A program made the position numbers and the translations under genes. A stretch of 63,161 nt of DNA, taken from the NCBI GenBank assembly GCA_028288965.1, contig JAQGHD010000025.1, positions 1 to 63,161 on the forward strand. The letters run 5' to 3'. The DNA is from Candidatus Saccharimonadota bacterium (GTDB lineage: Bacteria; Patescibacteriota; Saccharimonadia; Saccharimonadales; JAQGHD01). The notes under the pieces were generated by a model. That model did no database searches and had not been told where the DNA came from. It was given only the letters and a program-made list of their open reading frames with translations. Shown here in pieces: positions 27,001 to 36,558 of this stretch (positions are counted from its first letter, which is position 1; each line of letters begins with the position of its first letter).

Positions 27001-30000
27001 AAGCTATACAGCGGTTATTACACGTCCGGGTCTACAACTATACCGAGTTTTATTTGGTCTTATGGTGATAATAACTCTTTACAATCTGCGGCCACCACTC
27101 AAGACACCAATTGGCACCACATAGCCGCAACCAACGACGGGGTAACCATGAAGATTTACCTTGATGGTGTTGAAAATGCTTCTGGATCAAGTGCCAGCTC
27201 AATGCCGGATAACAATTTGCCGCTGCTTCTCGGTAAAGGTTACGGCTCGAGTGGCGCCGGCCTGGGGAGCGGCCCCCTCACGGGCAATCTAGATGAAATA
27301 AGAATTAGTGATATTGCTCGAACGAGCTTTACCACCCTGCCCTTTAGTTCTACCGAACAGGCCGTGACGCTTAATTCAGCGGTGCGAACCTCTGGGGTGA
27401 ACCACTGGGACACCTGGGCCGACAGCGAAACGGCCAATGGCGGGACAATTACCTATCGCTTATCCGATGATGGTGGCACAACCTGGAAATACTGGAACGG
27501 CAGTGCTTGGGCTGCTTCTAGCGGATTAACTTTGGCTAGCACTGTGTCGGTTATCAACACGCACATTGCTACCTTCCCAGCTACTTTTAGCGGCATTAAA
27601 TGGCAGGCGGTATTAAAGGGCAACGGCAACCAACAGGTGACGCTCAATTCCACGACCTTGCAGTCTACCTCCGATACGACGCCGCCAGCTACCAATGCCA
27701 GCGCCATTACTGCCCTTAAAGCTTTTGGCGGTTCCTCGTTGGTTACTGACGCCTGGACCAACGGCAGTTCGCCGTACTTTGCTTGGACGGCTGGCAGTGA
27801 TGCCGGCTCGGGCGTCAAAGGCTATTGCTTGTACTTGGGACAGGATAACACTGCCGATCCGGTCACTACCGCCGGGCTATTGGGTGCCAGCCCAGTTAGC
27901 ACCGGTGGACACTGTCAATTTATGGTCAGTGGTACCAATATTAATACGGCCACAGCCGGCTACCTGGCGTCTGCTTTAACTAGTTCCAACTCTCGCTACT
28001 ACCTGCGCATTAAAGCCATGGATAATGCTGGCAATACCTTTGGTACTGCCACTAGTTTTTCATTCTTTTTTGATAACACGCTGCCGGCTAACCCCGCCTT
28101 TATAACTGGACCATCAGGTTTTGTGAACACCAAGGCAGTGACGTTAACCTGGGCAACAGCTGGAGGCAATGCACCAAGCGATGGCAATTCCGGCCTGGCC
28201 GGCCTGCAATACCGGGTCAATAATGGCACCTGGTATGGTGACTCGCACAGCGGGGCCGGCGATATAAATGATCTGCTAACCAACGATGGCTCCTATACGT
28301 TTATCAGTAATCCTGATTTTCCGAATCTCAATGAGGGGGTTAACACTATTTACTTCCGTACCTGGGACGTAGCCGGCAATGTCACCACCAGTTATGTCAC
28401 TGCCGCCGTTAAGATCAACACCACCGGAGCACCGAGTGAACCGCAAAACGTCACCGCAACGCCCGGAACCAATACCACCAACAGTTTTGCTTTTAGTTGG
28501 AGTGCTCCGGCCACTTTTGTAGGGGATGTTAATAACCTGACCTACTGCTATACCATTAATACGTTGCCTTCACCCAGTACCTGTACCTTTACGGCCGGCG
28601 GGGTTACCAGTTTGAGCGCCAATGCCTACGCCACGCAACCAGGCACCAACACCTTTTACATTGCTGCCAAGGACGAATCAAGCAATATTAATTATGCTAG
28701 TTATGGGACGGCTACCTTTACGGCCACTACCGTAGCGCCTGGCATGCCGCTGAACGCCAACATCACTGATGTTTCTCTGAGGGCAACCAGCAGTTGGCGC
28801 TTGGCAATTAGCTGGGATCCTCCGGCCAGCGTTGGCGATGGCGTAGCCAGTTATAAAATATATCGTTCCACAAACAACGTAAGCTTTACGCCAATTGCCA
28901 CAATTAGCGGCACCAGCTACATCGATACCGGCCTTAGCCAAATTCATTACTATTACAAGATTAAAGCTTGTGATAGCACCAATAATTGTGGGGCCGATAG
29001 TTCGGTAGTAGACGAGACTCCCACCGGCCGCTACACTTCCCCGGCTAATCTTACTGGCCAACCAGCCGTCAGCGATGTAACGACCCGTAAAGCAACTATT
29101 AAGTGGAACACCGACCGAAGCAGTGACTCGCGTGTCGCCATCGGCACCAGTAGCGGCCACTATAGCCCGTCTGAAGTGGCTGTCTCGACTCAGGTCACCG
29201 AACACGTTGTTCAGCTTGATAATTTAAGCGCCGGTACCACTTACTACGTCAAAGCCAAATGGACAGACGAAGATGGCAATACCGGCAACAGCCAAGAAGT
29301 CAGCTTTACGACTGATGGCGCGCCGGTTATTAAAGAAGTCAGCGCCATTAAGGTGGGCCTAAATTCCGCGGTTATTCAGTTTACTGCTAAAAATGCCACA
29401 AAAGTGGGCTTGTCATTTGGTAAGTCTGATTCGTTCGGCGGTCTAAAAACGGTCAATACTTCACTTACCGAGTCAACCTATACTGTGGAGCTTGATGGGC
29501 TCGATGATGGAGCCAAATACTTCTATAAACTGACCGCCTACGATACCGAAAGCTTCCCCTATGATGGCAACGTCTTCACTTTTACCACGCCGCCGCGGCC
29601 GCATATCACCAACCTCCGCTTCCAGCCAGTTGATGGCGAACCAACCAGCACTCAAAAAGTAACCTGGGACACCAACGTAGCATCCAACTCAGTCATTACC
29701 TACGGCAAAGTCGGCACCAATGGGACGGATGTCCTAGTCTCGTCCATGGTGACGGCGCACGAGGTGGTTATTAGTGGGCTCGAGGACAACAGCGACTATT
29801 TCTTACTGGCTCAATCTCGCGATGTTGATGGCAACCTAGCGGTGTCTGACAAGCAAATTTTTAAAACGGCGCTCGATACACGTCCGCCCAAAATCACCGA
29901 TATTACGGTGGAGGCAACCATTAAGGGCACTGGGGCTGAAGCCCGTGGTCAGGTGGTTGTTTCCTGGAAGACAGATGAACCCTCAACCAGCCAAGTTGCT

Positions 30001-30246
30001 TACGGCGAAGGTTCAAACTCGGTGAACCTCCCCAATAAAACCAGTGAAGACAGTGGCTTGGCCACCCAGCACATTGTGATCGTTTCCGATTTGCCCACGT
30101 CTAAGGTGTACACTATGCAACCAGTGTCCAAGGATAAAGCCGGCAACGCCGCTAAGGGTGCTGGCCAATCGGCCATTATCGGGCGGGCCAGTGACAACGT
30201 GCTGACTATTGTGCTCAACACGCTCAGAAAGGTTTTTGGATTTTAG
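24007..30246 (+). CDS. Giant (2079 aa) membrane-anchored surface protein. It has two LamG/ConA-like lectin domains, about 20 tandem ~45-aa repeats (W-x-IGGD-x-NSSW...LYAGLG...AEVWKYDG), and a C-terminal array of Fn3-like domains. Putative adhesin.
   Basis: N-terminal cytoplasmic region then a TM segment (VHTAIAAVYVLIVGSIIFVAY). A 'LDEIRISD' LamG-like motif. The repeated 'TWTKIGGDN(I/V)NSSW' units are read directly from the translation. Confidence 0.8.
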   Translation: MRVKKPNINKASIGKLLDQLRHYWTATALPFLLKAFKKFRHQGIRISKRVARFTWKHTKQTSLFLHRHGARRPHSYLRNKWKWYDRWHEWQYHQHVHTAIAAVYVLIVGSIIFVAYQKTFATPDLTDTWDFTASSNYTFDSGAEASGSTARLKAQNYTSDSNTKALYHFDSNSGTTATDSSVNGNNATTTGSPSWVAGQLNNAISLNGSTQWLSAPDTASLSLSQPNTLEAWVKFGSSFSGSSHDGDQVILDKGAYKLYYDHTSGKINYEMAKSTATTWTARAGNDINGSWDTSGKDSVLSQAVIGSNIYAGLGTGSGDAEVWKWTGSSWSIIGGDGINSSWDKNHEAVDSMYANGTILYVGLGSTLNADAEVWSCDTSTNCTTWTKIGGDNVNSSWGDTSDVYSLWYGNIGAGNFLYAGLGSSAVNGDGDLWRCTPSGATCSTWTKIGGDNLNSGWANGNEAVYAINYDGTGLVVGLGNTGTDGQVYRWNGTAWTKMGGGGSAVNASWSSGINSVHAITVFGGNIYVATGDDNGDAEIWKSSTAAYSWVKIGGDNINSGWAGTTDKIAYSLANDGTNVYAAVDTTAWKWNGTAWSQIAGGSINGSWSAGLSLNSLMFSGSTLYGGLHDALTFGTYGTSGEWTFNGTTWTKIGGDYMNNSWSSEVYSQVSSMATYNGSLYAGVSTHGGTLGKSNVFKYDGTSWSVVGGSGLNSSWTSGFGGLYGEIYALIEYKGNLYAGISGANGGSGELWKYDGTTWSKVGGDGVNSSWADLTYESVQSLAVYNGNLYAGLGISPGDAELWKYDGTTWSRVGGDGINSSWTNLTYQTVQSQTVYKGKLYVGLGNGSNTLARVWSYDGTNWVAVGGNSINSSWGSGPTEVDSLVAYNGDLYAGLGSSLATGSTEVWKYNDVSNTWTRIGGASLNASWSSASTYISVKALTVYNGELYAGIGGSTINSDGSVWKYNGSVWSQVGGNDLNGGWSTTDNLESIGTLTVFNGKLYSGYYTSGSTTIPSFIWSYGDNNSLQSAATTQDTNWHHIAATNDGVTMKIYLDGVENASGSSASSMPDNNLPLLLGKGYGSSGAGLGSGPLTGNLDEIRISDIARTSFTTLPFSSTEQAVTLNSAVRTSGVNHWDTWADSETANGGTITYRLSDDGGTTWKYWNGSAWAASSGLTLASTVSVINTHIATFPATFSGIKWQAVLKGNGNQQVTLNSTTLQSTSDTTPPATNASAITALKAFGGSSLVTDAWTNGSSPYFAWTAGSDAGSGVKGYCLYLGQDNTADPVTTAGLLGASPVSTGGHCQFMVSGTNINTATAGYLASALTSSNSRYYLRIKAMDNAGNTFGTATSFSFFFDNTLPANPAFITGPSGFVNTKAVTLTWATAGGNAPSDGNSGLAGLQYRVNNGTWYGDSHSGAGDINDLLTNDGSYTFISNPDFPNLNEGVNTIYFRTWDVAGNVTTSYVTAAVKINTTGAPSEPQNVTATPGTNTTNSFAFSWSAPATFVGDVNNLTYCYTINTLPSPSTCTFTAGGVTSLSANAYATQPGTNTFYIAAKDESSNINYASYGTATFTATTVAPGMPLNANITDVSLRATSSWRLAISWDPPASVGDGVASYKIYRSTNNVSFTPIATISGTSYIDTGLSQIHYYYKIKACDSTNNCGADSSVVDETPTGRYTSPANLTGQPAVSDVTTRKATIKWNTDRSSDSRVAIGTSSGHYSPSEVAVSTQVTEHVVQLDNLSAGTTYYVKAKWTDEDGNTGNSQEVSFTTDGAPVIKEVSAIKVGLNSAVIQFTAKNATKVGLSFGKSDSFGGLKTVNTSLTESTYTVELDGLDDGAKYFYKLTAYDTESFPYDGNVFTFTTPPRPHITNLRFQPVDGEPTSTQKVTWDTNVASNSVITYGKVGTNGTDVLVSSMVTAHEVVISGLEDNSDYFLLAQSRDVDGNLAVSDKQIFKTALDTRPPKITDITVEATIKGTGAEARGQVVVSWKTDEPSTSQVAYGEGSNSVNLPNKTSEDSGLATQHIVIVSDLPTSKVYTMQPVSKDKAGNAAKGAGQSAIIGRASDNVLTIVLNTLRKVFGF

Positions 30247-30261
30247 TATGCGAGGTGGGCT

Positions 30262-31047
30262 ATGAATAAAAAAGTCATGATTCAAGTAAGTGGCCTGAGC
30301 CAAGAATTTGAAACCGATGGCGAAACCATCCGCCCCTTGCAACAAGCCAATTTTTCCATACTCGAGAATACCTTTAACATCATTTATGGCCCCTCTGGTT
30401 CCGGTAAGTCAACGATGCTTAATATTCTGTCAGGCTTGCAGGCTCCCACGGCGGGAACCGTGATGTTCGAAGGTCAAAACATATATAAAATGTCGAGGGA
30501 TGCATTAGCTCATTTTCGAGCCCACCGCCTTGGCGTTGTCTACCAAACCAGTTACTGGGTCCACAGTTTGAATGTGCTAGAAAATGTTGCCATGCCGTTA
30601 TATTTCCTGGGCTACAGCCGGCGAAAAGCGGCCAAGCTGGCTATGTTGGCGCTGCAGCGGGTTGGCATGGAACGTTACGCCAAGAAATCACCTATCTTTC
30701 TATCCGGTGGTGAACAACAGCGAATTGGTCTAGCCCGCGCCCTGGCTACCAGCCCCCTGTACGTCATTGCCGATGAACCAACCGGTAACCTAGATACCGA
30801 AAACGGCGATAAAGTTATGAATTTGTTACTTAATTGCCAAACCGAATTTCGTTGCACGATCATTCTGGTGACCCACAATATGGAGTACGTCCCTTTGGCC
30901 GATCACCTCATCCATATCCAAGACGGTCTTACCGAAGAGCTCCAACAAGCCACAGCCCTGCAGGCTACCGAAGAAATTATTCGTGATTTGCGCCAACGCG
31001 TCGCGGCGTTGGCGAGAATGAAGGCCAAAGATGCAACCAGACCTTAA
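30262..31047 (+). CDS. ABC transporter ATP-binding protein (MacB/FtsE-like), second copy.
   Basis: 'GPSGSGKST', '[15 protein letters not shown]', '[11 protein letters not shown]'. Confidence 0.85.
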   Translation: MNKKVMIQVSGLSQEFETDGETIRPLQQANFSILENTFNIIYGPSGSGKSTMLNILSGLQAPTAGTVMFEGQNIYKMSRDALAHFRAHRLGVVYQTSYWVHSLNVLENVAMPLYFLGYSRRKAAKLAMLALQRVGMERYAKKSPIFLSGGEQQRIGLARALATSPLYVIADEPTGNLDTENGDKVMNLLLNCQTEFRCTIILVTHNMEYVPLADHLIHIQDGLTEELQQATALQATEEIIRDLRQRVAALARMKAKDATRP

Positions 31048-32263
31048 GACCACCGCTCACCAGCGCTACACTAAAATCCCCTCAGCGGTACTGCTTCACG
31101 TGGCTTGGCGTAATCTTATTAATAAAAAGTTGCGGGCCTTTTTGACCATCATGGGCATTATCATTGGCATTGGTTCGATCTTCTTCTTACTGAGTTTTGG
31201 GCTCGGTCTGCGCGATCTTGTTACCCGGGAGGTCATTGGTAACCAGTCGATTCAATCTATAGAAATCGAGTCCGGTAACTCCAAAATTATCAAACTGGAC
31301 CAAGCCGGTGTGAACAAAGTCAAAGGGCTAGCTCACGTCAAACGCAGCAGCCTGACCTATACTTTCCCGGGCAGTCTTAAGATCAAAGGGAGCGAAACCG
31401 ATACGATTGTTTACGGTATCGATCCTGATTACCAAGGCCTGACGAGCTTACGATTGCTCGAGGGCCGCTTACTCAACGACGGCGATGTTAAGCAAGCTTT
31501 CATGAACCAAGGCGCTTTAAATTCGGTGGGTATTACTGATCCTAAGAAAGCCATTGGCCAAGAGATCCAGTTGGCAATACCGTTGCAAAATGTTGAGACC
31601 AGCAAAAAACAAATAGTCGATACCTATAAAGTTGTCGGCGTGATTGATTCTACATCTGGGAGTGAAATTTTTATCCCGAGATTTAATTTTGAAGCCGCTG
31701 GCGTACTTAATTATTCGCAAATGAAAGTCTTGGCCGACAGCGGTGCCGATGTTGGTACGCTGCGTAAACAAATTGAGAGTTTGGGTTACCAGACCAGTTC
31801 CCCGGTGGATACTATTGACCAAATTAACCAGATTTTTCGCTTCTTTAATATTATTTTGGCTGGTTTTGGCATCATTGGCATGATTGTGGCCGTGCTTGGT
31901 ATGTTTAACACCTTGACCGTGGCGCTTCTAGAACGCACCAAAGAGATTGGGCTGATGGTGGCCCTGGGAGCACGTAACCGCGATATGAGACGCTTGTTTA
32001 TATTAGAGGCCATGTTGTTGTCGCTGATCGGTGCAGCGTTTGGTGTCTTGCTGGCCTTTTTAGGCGGTTTGTTGATTAACGTTTTAATGAATAGCCTAGC
32101 CCATAATCGTGGTGTCACCGAGCATTTCATGCTGTTTGCTACACCCTTCTGGCTGATCCTAGCCATGTTTGGCTTTATGATGGTGGTTGGGCTGGTGGTT
32201 GTCTACTTCCCCGCCCGCCGCGCCGGCAAGATCAATCCAATCGAAGCCTTGCGCCGCGAGTAG
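31031..32263 (+). CDS. ABC transporter permease, FtsX/MacB family, second copy.
   Basis: Four-TM FtsX topology with a 'ERTKEIGLMVALGA' motif. Overlaps the upstream ATPase gene by 17 nt. Confidence 0.8.
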   Translation: MQPDLKTTAHQRYTKIPSAVLLHVAWRNLINKKLRAFLTIMGIIIGIGSIFFLLSFGLGLRDLVTREVIGNQSIQSIEIESGNSKIIKLDQAGVNKVKGLAHVKRSSLTYTFPGSLKIKGSETDTIVYGIDPDYQGLTSLRLLEGRLLNDGDVKQAFMNQGALNSVGITDPKKAIGQEIQLAIPLQNVETSKKQIVDTYKVVGVIDSTSGSEIFIPRFNFEAAGVLNYSQMKVLADSGADVGTLRKQIESLGYQTSSPVDTIDQINQIFRFFNIILAGFGIIGMIVAVLGMFNTLTVALLERTKEIGLMVALGARNRDMRRLFILEAMLLSLIGAAFGVLLAFLGGLLINVLMNSLAHNRGVTEHFMLFATPFWLILAMFGFMMVVGLVVVYFPARRAGKINPIEALRRE

Positions 32264-32277
32264 TACTCGGGCTGGGA

Positions 32278-32733
32278 CTAGCGAGATTTTATGGCGGCGT
32301 CAATGCGACGTTGTTCGTCCCGTTTCTTGAGCGTTTGACGTTTATCATAGAGCTTCTTGCCACGCCCCACCGCGACACGCAGTTTTATATATCTTCCCCG
32401 GGTCAATATCTCCAGCGGTACAATAGTTTGTCCTTGCTGTTTGGCGGCAATAAACTGGTTTATTTCTTTCTTTTTAGCCAGCAATTTGCGGCTGCGCGTT
32501 TGCTCGGTCTCGCTAATTGGCAAACCGGGACCGCCAATAATCGCGGCGTTTATCAACCAAAGTTCGCCGTCCTTGACGGTGACATAGGCTCCTTGCAGTT
32601 GGCCGTGGCCTAAACGCAGTGCCTTGGTTTCTGGCCCAGATAGCATCAGACCCACAAGCAAGCTATCGTCGAGAGCATAGTCGTGCCTGGCTCGCCGGTT
32701 ACTGATAGTGTGGGATTGCTTATTTTTCTTCAC
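32278..32733 (-). CDS. smpB: SsrA-binding protein SmpB.
   Basis: 'NRRARHDYALDD' and 'GRGKKLYDKRQTLKKRDEQR' are SmpB signatures. Confidence 0.85.
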   Translation of the reverse strand: MKKNKQSHTISNRRARHDYALDDSLLVGLMLSGPETKALRLGHGQLQGAYVTVKDGELWLINAAIIGGPGLPISETEQTRSRKLLAKKKEINQFIAAKQQGQTIVPLEILTRGRYIKLRVAVGRGKKLYDKRQTLKKRDEQRRIDAAIKSR

Positions 32734-32797
32734 AATGGTCCTATTGTACCAATAAGCATAAGTATAGACAATACGCCTTTATTATTATATACGATAC

Positions 32798-34000
32798 TTA
32801 TTTATATCTTTGGCTGTTGGTGAGGCCTTGATATTCGTTTCTGGCAGTGTCCCAAAGGCTCGGGTCACCGAGCTTTACCTTGCGGTAATACCAAAACTCA
32901 GCGCCCCACATATCAACCATTTTCATACCGGTGGCTTTGCCGTACTCAAACCTATCTTTAAGCCGCCTGGCATTGAGTGATTTGTTTTGCTCGGCTACAG
33001 AAATATCGCGCATGTCTTTATCGTTCGGTGCCCAGGGCTCGGCCTGCAGTTCATGAATAAATGAGTTTCGTCCTCTGGTGAGTTCTACCCACCCCGCTCG
33101 AAAGGCGTAGTACCAAGCCGGAATTGGGTATTCAAAATAGCGCTTGGTAAGGGTTTTGTCCCAGACTCGTTTGTATACAGAAATAGCGTATTCATCAGGC
33201 TGTGGTTGACCGATGGGGGTACCGATGGCGTTGTTGCTCATGCTGACCACCAGCGTATGCTGGTTATCGATACTTTTAACTAACTTATACTCACTGACCA
33301 AGCGATCGCGGTCAAAGTTTACGCACTTGCCAAACGCCTTGAGGAAATATTCATTCTCTAGCTGGTAGCTATCCAGCGCTGGGCTATCTTTGTAACGCAC
33401 CACTATTTTCTGAATATAATCGTTAAGCTTTTGTTCCCAAGCATCTTTTGGCAGATAGGTGGCCCAGGCTGGCAAGTGGCATTCGGGCCAACGTGGCTGT
33501 CTAAGCCCCAAAGACAAGCTTACTTTAGCGTTGTTTTGTTCAGCGAGCTTAAATTCCCAGTCCAAAGTGTCAAAGTTATACTGGTTGGGCTGCGGTTCGC
33601 CCTGGTCCCAATAGCTCACCAGGCGAAAGCGCTTGACGCCCAGATCGGTGGCCATGGCCTGCATAGTCTCCTTGGCGTCGAGACCGTAATATTCAGCATA
33701 GCTCGGGATAAAAGTTACGCCGAGCTGCAACGGCTCATTGGCGTGTTTGTTGATATACCACTGGGCAATGCCATACATTAATCCCGTCCAAGCCACCAGC
33801 AGTGCCAGCAAAATCAGCCCAACTTTTTGCAATAGATGACGCTCGCGCCACCAGAATTTAGGTTTTTCAAAACGAATATGATTCAAAATACGGCTGCGTA
33901 GCCGTTTTTCTTTGACCCCGTAGTTTTGCTTATATAGCGGCCGCAGCTCTTTCGGAATTGGTTTTCTTTTGTGTCTTGCCATTATACTAATACCCACCAC
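32798..34000 (-). CDS. Membrane-anchored putative glycoside hydrolase (TIM-barrel, GH5-like). Function tentative.
   Basis: N-terminal TM. 'YQLENEY' is an NE-type acid/base-like motif. Aromatic-rich barrel. Confidence 0.4.
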   Translation of the reverse strand: MVGISIMARHKRKPIPKELRPLYKQNYGVKEKRLRSRILNHIRFEKPKFWWRERHLLQKVGLILLALLVAWTGLMYGIAQWYINKHANEPLQLGVTFIPSYAEYYGLDAKETMQAMATDLGVKRFRLVSYWDQGEPQPNQYNFDTLDWEFKLAEQNNAKVSLSLGLRQPRWPECHLPAWATYLPKDAWEQKLNDYIQKIVVRYKDSPALDSYQLENEYFLKAFGKCVNFDRDRLVSEYKLVKSIDNQHTLVVSMSNNAIGTPIGQPQPDEYAISVYKRVWDKTLTKRYFEYPIPAWYYAFRAGWVELTRGRNSFIHELQAEPWAPNDKDMRDISVAEQNKSLNARRLKDRFEYGKATGMKMVDMWGAEFWYYRKVKLGDPSLWDTARNEYQGLTNSQRYK

Positions 34001-34007
34001 TACTGAT

Positions 34008-34808
34008 ATGAAAAAAGCATTATCGTTATCTATAGTTATACCAGTTTATAACGAAGAACTCCACCTAAAGGCCTGTCTTGATGCCATCACCAATCAGACA
34101 GTGAAGCCACTGGAGGTGATCATCGTGGACAATAATTCTACCGACACGTCGGTGCAAATTGCTCATGCTTACCGCTTTGTGACTGTGATAAAAGAAGCCC
34201 GTCAAGGCATTGTGTTTGCGCGTACCGCTGGCTTTAACGCCGCCAGCGGCGAGATTATTGCTCGTATCGATGCCGACACTGTATTGCCGCCGACATGGGT
34301 GGCTCAGGTTATGCATTTCTATAGCTCACCGCAGCATCTGGACTATGCCCTAACGGGCGGCGGTTACTTCTATAACATTCGTTTGCCGCGCTTTAATGGC
34401 TGGATGCAAAGTCAGCTGGCCTACCGCGTTAACCGGGCAGTCACCGGGCACTATATTTTATGGGGGTCAAATATGGCTCTGCCTAAAAAACTTTGGCTCG
34501 AGGTGCGGACCAAGGTTTGCCAACGTACAGATATTCATGAAGACATGGATCTGGCGATTCATCTTCATGAGGCTGGATACCAAATACGGTATGAGGCTAA
34601 AAAGTTGCGGGTGGGCGTTGACCTGAGGCGAGTCTTTAAAGACAGGGATCAGTCACGCACCCATATGCGTCGTTGGCCACAAACGCTCAAGGTTCATCAG
34701 TATCATTTCTGGTATATGGGTGTGCTGGGAAATATATTGCTATGGTATTTCATTCAGCCGTTTATCTTTTTTCTAGAAGCTATGGCCTGGTTATTTGGCC
34801 GCCGATGA
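34008..34808 (+). CDS. Glycosyltransferase family 2.
   Basis: 'LSIVIPVYNEELHL...EVIIVDNNSTD...RIDADT' is the GT-A DxD architecture. The ORF-track start at 33969 would overlap the divergent gene, so I prefer the Met at 34008. Confidence 0.75.
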   Translation: MKKALSLSIVIPVYNEELHLKACLDAITNQTVKPLEVIIVDNNSTDTSVQIAHAYRFVTVIKEARQGIVFARTAGFNAASGEIIARIDADTVLPPTWVAQVMHFYSSPQHLDYALTGGGYFYNIRLPRFNGWMQSQLAYRVNRAVTGHYILWGSNMALPKKLWLEVRTKVCQRTDIHEDMDLAIHLHEAGYQIRYEAKKLRVGVDLRRVFKDRDQSRTHMRRWPQTLKVHQYHFWYMGVLGNILLWYFIQPFIFFLEAMAWLFGRR

Positions 34809-34823
34809 TGTGTCGATTTGCTC

Positions 34824-35396
34824 TTACTGAGCAGTATTGGCTGTGTAGCCACCGTACTGATTTTTGGTCGGCTTACAATTGTGCCATAGGCCAAGATTGG
34901 CACTACGGGCATTTGTTTCATACTGACGGAATTCATCAGCTTTGGTAAACGGAAAGCTTAAGTAAGCAAAACCGTAGCCTTGCTTGATAATCTCGGCATT
35001 TACCAGACGGTTATCAGGCAAGTACACGTAGCGCAGCAAGCGGTTGTACCTATCGCGATTGGTATTGATCGGGTCGGCTTCCAGTCGGACAGCAGATTTA
35101 CCAATAAGCTGTTTAGTAAAACTAGCCGCTGCTAAGCCAAAACACTGTACTGGCTTACGCGGATCGTGTGTTTCGGGCGTATCCACACCAATTAAACGTA
35201 CCTTTTCGCCATTGCCATTCATGTTTACACCAATGGTGTCGCCATCGACAAACTCGGTCACTTGGTAGAGTCCGGGCTGGGTTTTAACGGCCGCTTGCTG
35301 CGCGCTGGCCAACCAACCCTGTTTTTGGGCAACAAGAATAAATAAGCTGATTACTACCGTTAGTAATGACACTTTGTGTGCTCTTTGAGCTGCCAC
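34824..35396 (-). CDS. Secreted thermonuclease (staphylococcal nuclease / SNase-like).
   Basis: 'VRLIGVDTPETHDP...YNRLLRYVYL...AEIIKQGYGFAY' are SNase motifs. N-terminal signal. Confidence 0.7.
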   Translation of the reverse strand: MAAQRAHKVSLLTVVISLFILVAQKQGWLASAQQAAVKTQPGLYQVTEFVDGDTIGVNMNGNGEKVRLIGVDTPETHDPRKPVQCFGLAAASFTKQLIGKSAVRLEADPINTNRDRYNRLLRYVYLPDNRLVNAEIIKQGYGFAYLSFPFTKADEFRQYETNARSANLGLWHNCKPTKNQYGGYTANTAQ

Positions 35397-35418
35397 TGAC
35401 TCCCCTCCTGCTACTGCT

Positions 35419-35940
35419 TTATAGGGTATCAGAAAGTAGGGATCGTATGTAGTCGGGTGACACTTTGGTGCCGTCTACCTGCAGCGTTAGCTCATCTGGC
35501 CTGGGGGGTTGCAGATTGCTGCTTAAGCGCTCCCAAACAGTTGCCGGCATATTTCCCAAAATCCGCGTGTGTTGCAAAGGTGTGCTGTCGGTAGCCCGTT
35601 GCTTGGCAAGTTCCTTAGGTGCGGTGACCCAAACCAGTAGGGTCTTGGCGCCACGGCGATTGGCAATCTGGCGCAGGTGTTCGCGGTCTTTATAAAAGTT
35701 AAAATTGGTATCAAAAATAACGCTCCGGCCCCTGGCCAGCAAGCTAGCAGCTTTGTCGTTTAAATGATTATAGAGTTCCAAGTTTTCACTAGGACTGTGG
35801 GTGGGAGTAGTAAACATTTCACGCCGGGCATGATCGGCCCACAGCAATTCGGCACCGGTCAGTTCATGAATAATTTTGGCGGTGGTAGTCTTGCCTGCAC
35901 CAGGGTAACCAAGCATTAAATAAAGCGTAGGCGTCTTCAC
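35419..35940 (-). CDS. P-loop NTPase / AAA_33-type small kinase.
   Basis: Walker A 'GYPGAGKTT'. 173 aa. Confidence 0.55.
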   Translation of the reverse strand: MKTPTLYLMLGYPGAGKTTTAKIIHELTGAELLWADHARREMFTTPTHSPSENLELYNHLNDKAASLLARGRSVIFDTNFNFYKDREHLRQIANRRGAKTLLVWVTAPKELAKQRATDSTPLQHTRILGNMPATVWERLSSNLQPPRPDELTLQVDGTKVSPDYIRSLLSDTL

Positions 35941-35969
35941 GCCTCAATCATACCACGGGCAAACGGTAA

Positions 35970-36434
35970 CTATTTTTTGGCGGAGCTTTTAGTCAGGCCC
36001 TTGATAGATATTCGCTTGGGTTTGGGTTGGTCCTTGAACGGTACCACGACTCTTAGTACACCGTCTTCAAAGTTCGCCTGGACCTTATCTTGATCGGCGT
36101 ACTTGGGCAGCATGATTCGCCTATAAAAACTTGCTTGCGATTCGCGCACCATGTAGGAACGCTTGCGCTCTCGCTTCTCTTCTGTGTCGTGGTGCTCACC
36201 TCGTATTTCGAGCACATCGTCCTGAGCGCTAATAGTAATTTCTTCTGGTTTAAAACCAGCTATTTGTAACTCAGCTACGAGCTGCTTGTCATCTTCCATA
36301 TAGACGTCCATAGCTGGTAGTTGCGCGGTCATTGTGCCGGGACTGCTCAAAAACGTGTTAAATATGTCGTCTAGATCATTACGCAATGAGCTTAATCCAC
36401 TAAGTGGATCGCTCCAACGGATCACTTGTACCAT
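35970..36434 (-). CDS. Hsp20/alpha-crystallin small heat-shock protein.
   Basis: 'FYRRIMLPKYADQDKVQANFEDGVLRVVVPF' is the alpha-crystallin-domain C-terminus. Confidence 0.8.
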   Translation of the reverse strand: MVQVIRWSDPLSGLSSLRNDLDDIFNTFLSSPGTMTAQLPAMDVYMEDDKQLVAELQIAGFKPEEITISAQDDVLEIRGEHHDTEEKRERKRSYMVRESQASFYRRIMLPKYADQDKVQANFEDGVLRVVVPFKDQPKPKRISIKGLTKSSAKK

Positions 36435-36558
36435 ATTTCCCCCTCCCTCTTGTTAATAGCACCTTTGCACTTATAGCGCAGCCATGCGAATTTGTCTGCG
36501 ATAAACATTGCTCGCCACCATTTAAACACTACAAGTTTAGTGTATGAGGCTGGTTTAG

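Noticed and set aside
24064-30345. Many 60-175-aa ORFs on both strands inside the 6.2-kb giant gene (e.g. 25259..25711, 27453..27818, 28678..29205)
   Set aside because: They are nested within a continuous 2079-aa reading frame whose repeat periodicity and domain structure are coherent. The nested ORFs are frame artefacts.
33431-33781. 116-aa plus-strand ORF inside the 32798..34000 minus-strand gene
   Set aside because: It is antisense to a 400-aa ORF with a plausible TM and TIM-barrel-like composition.
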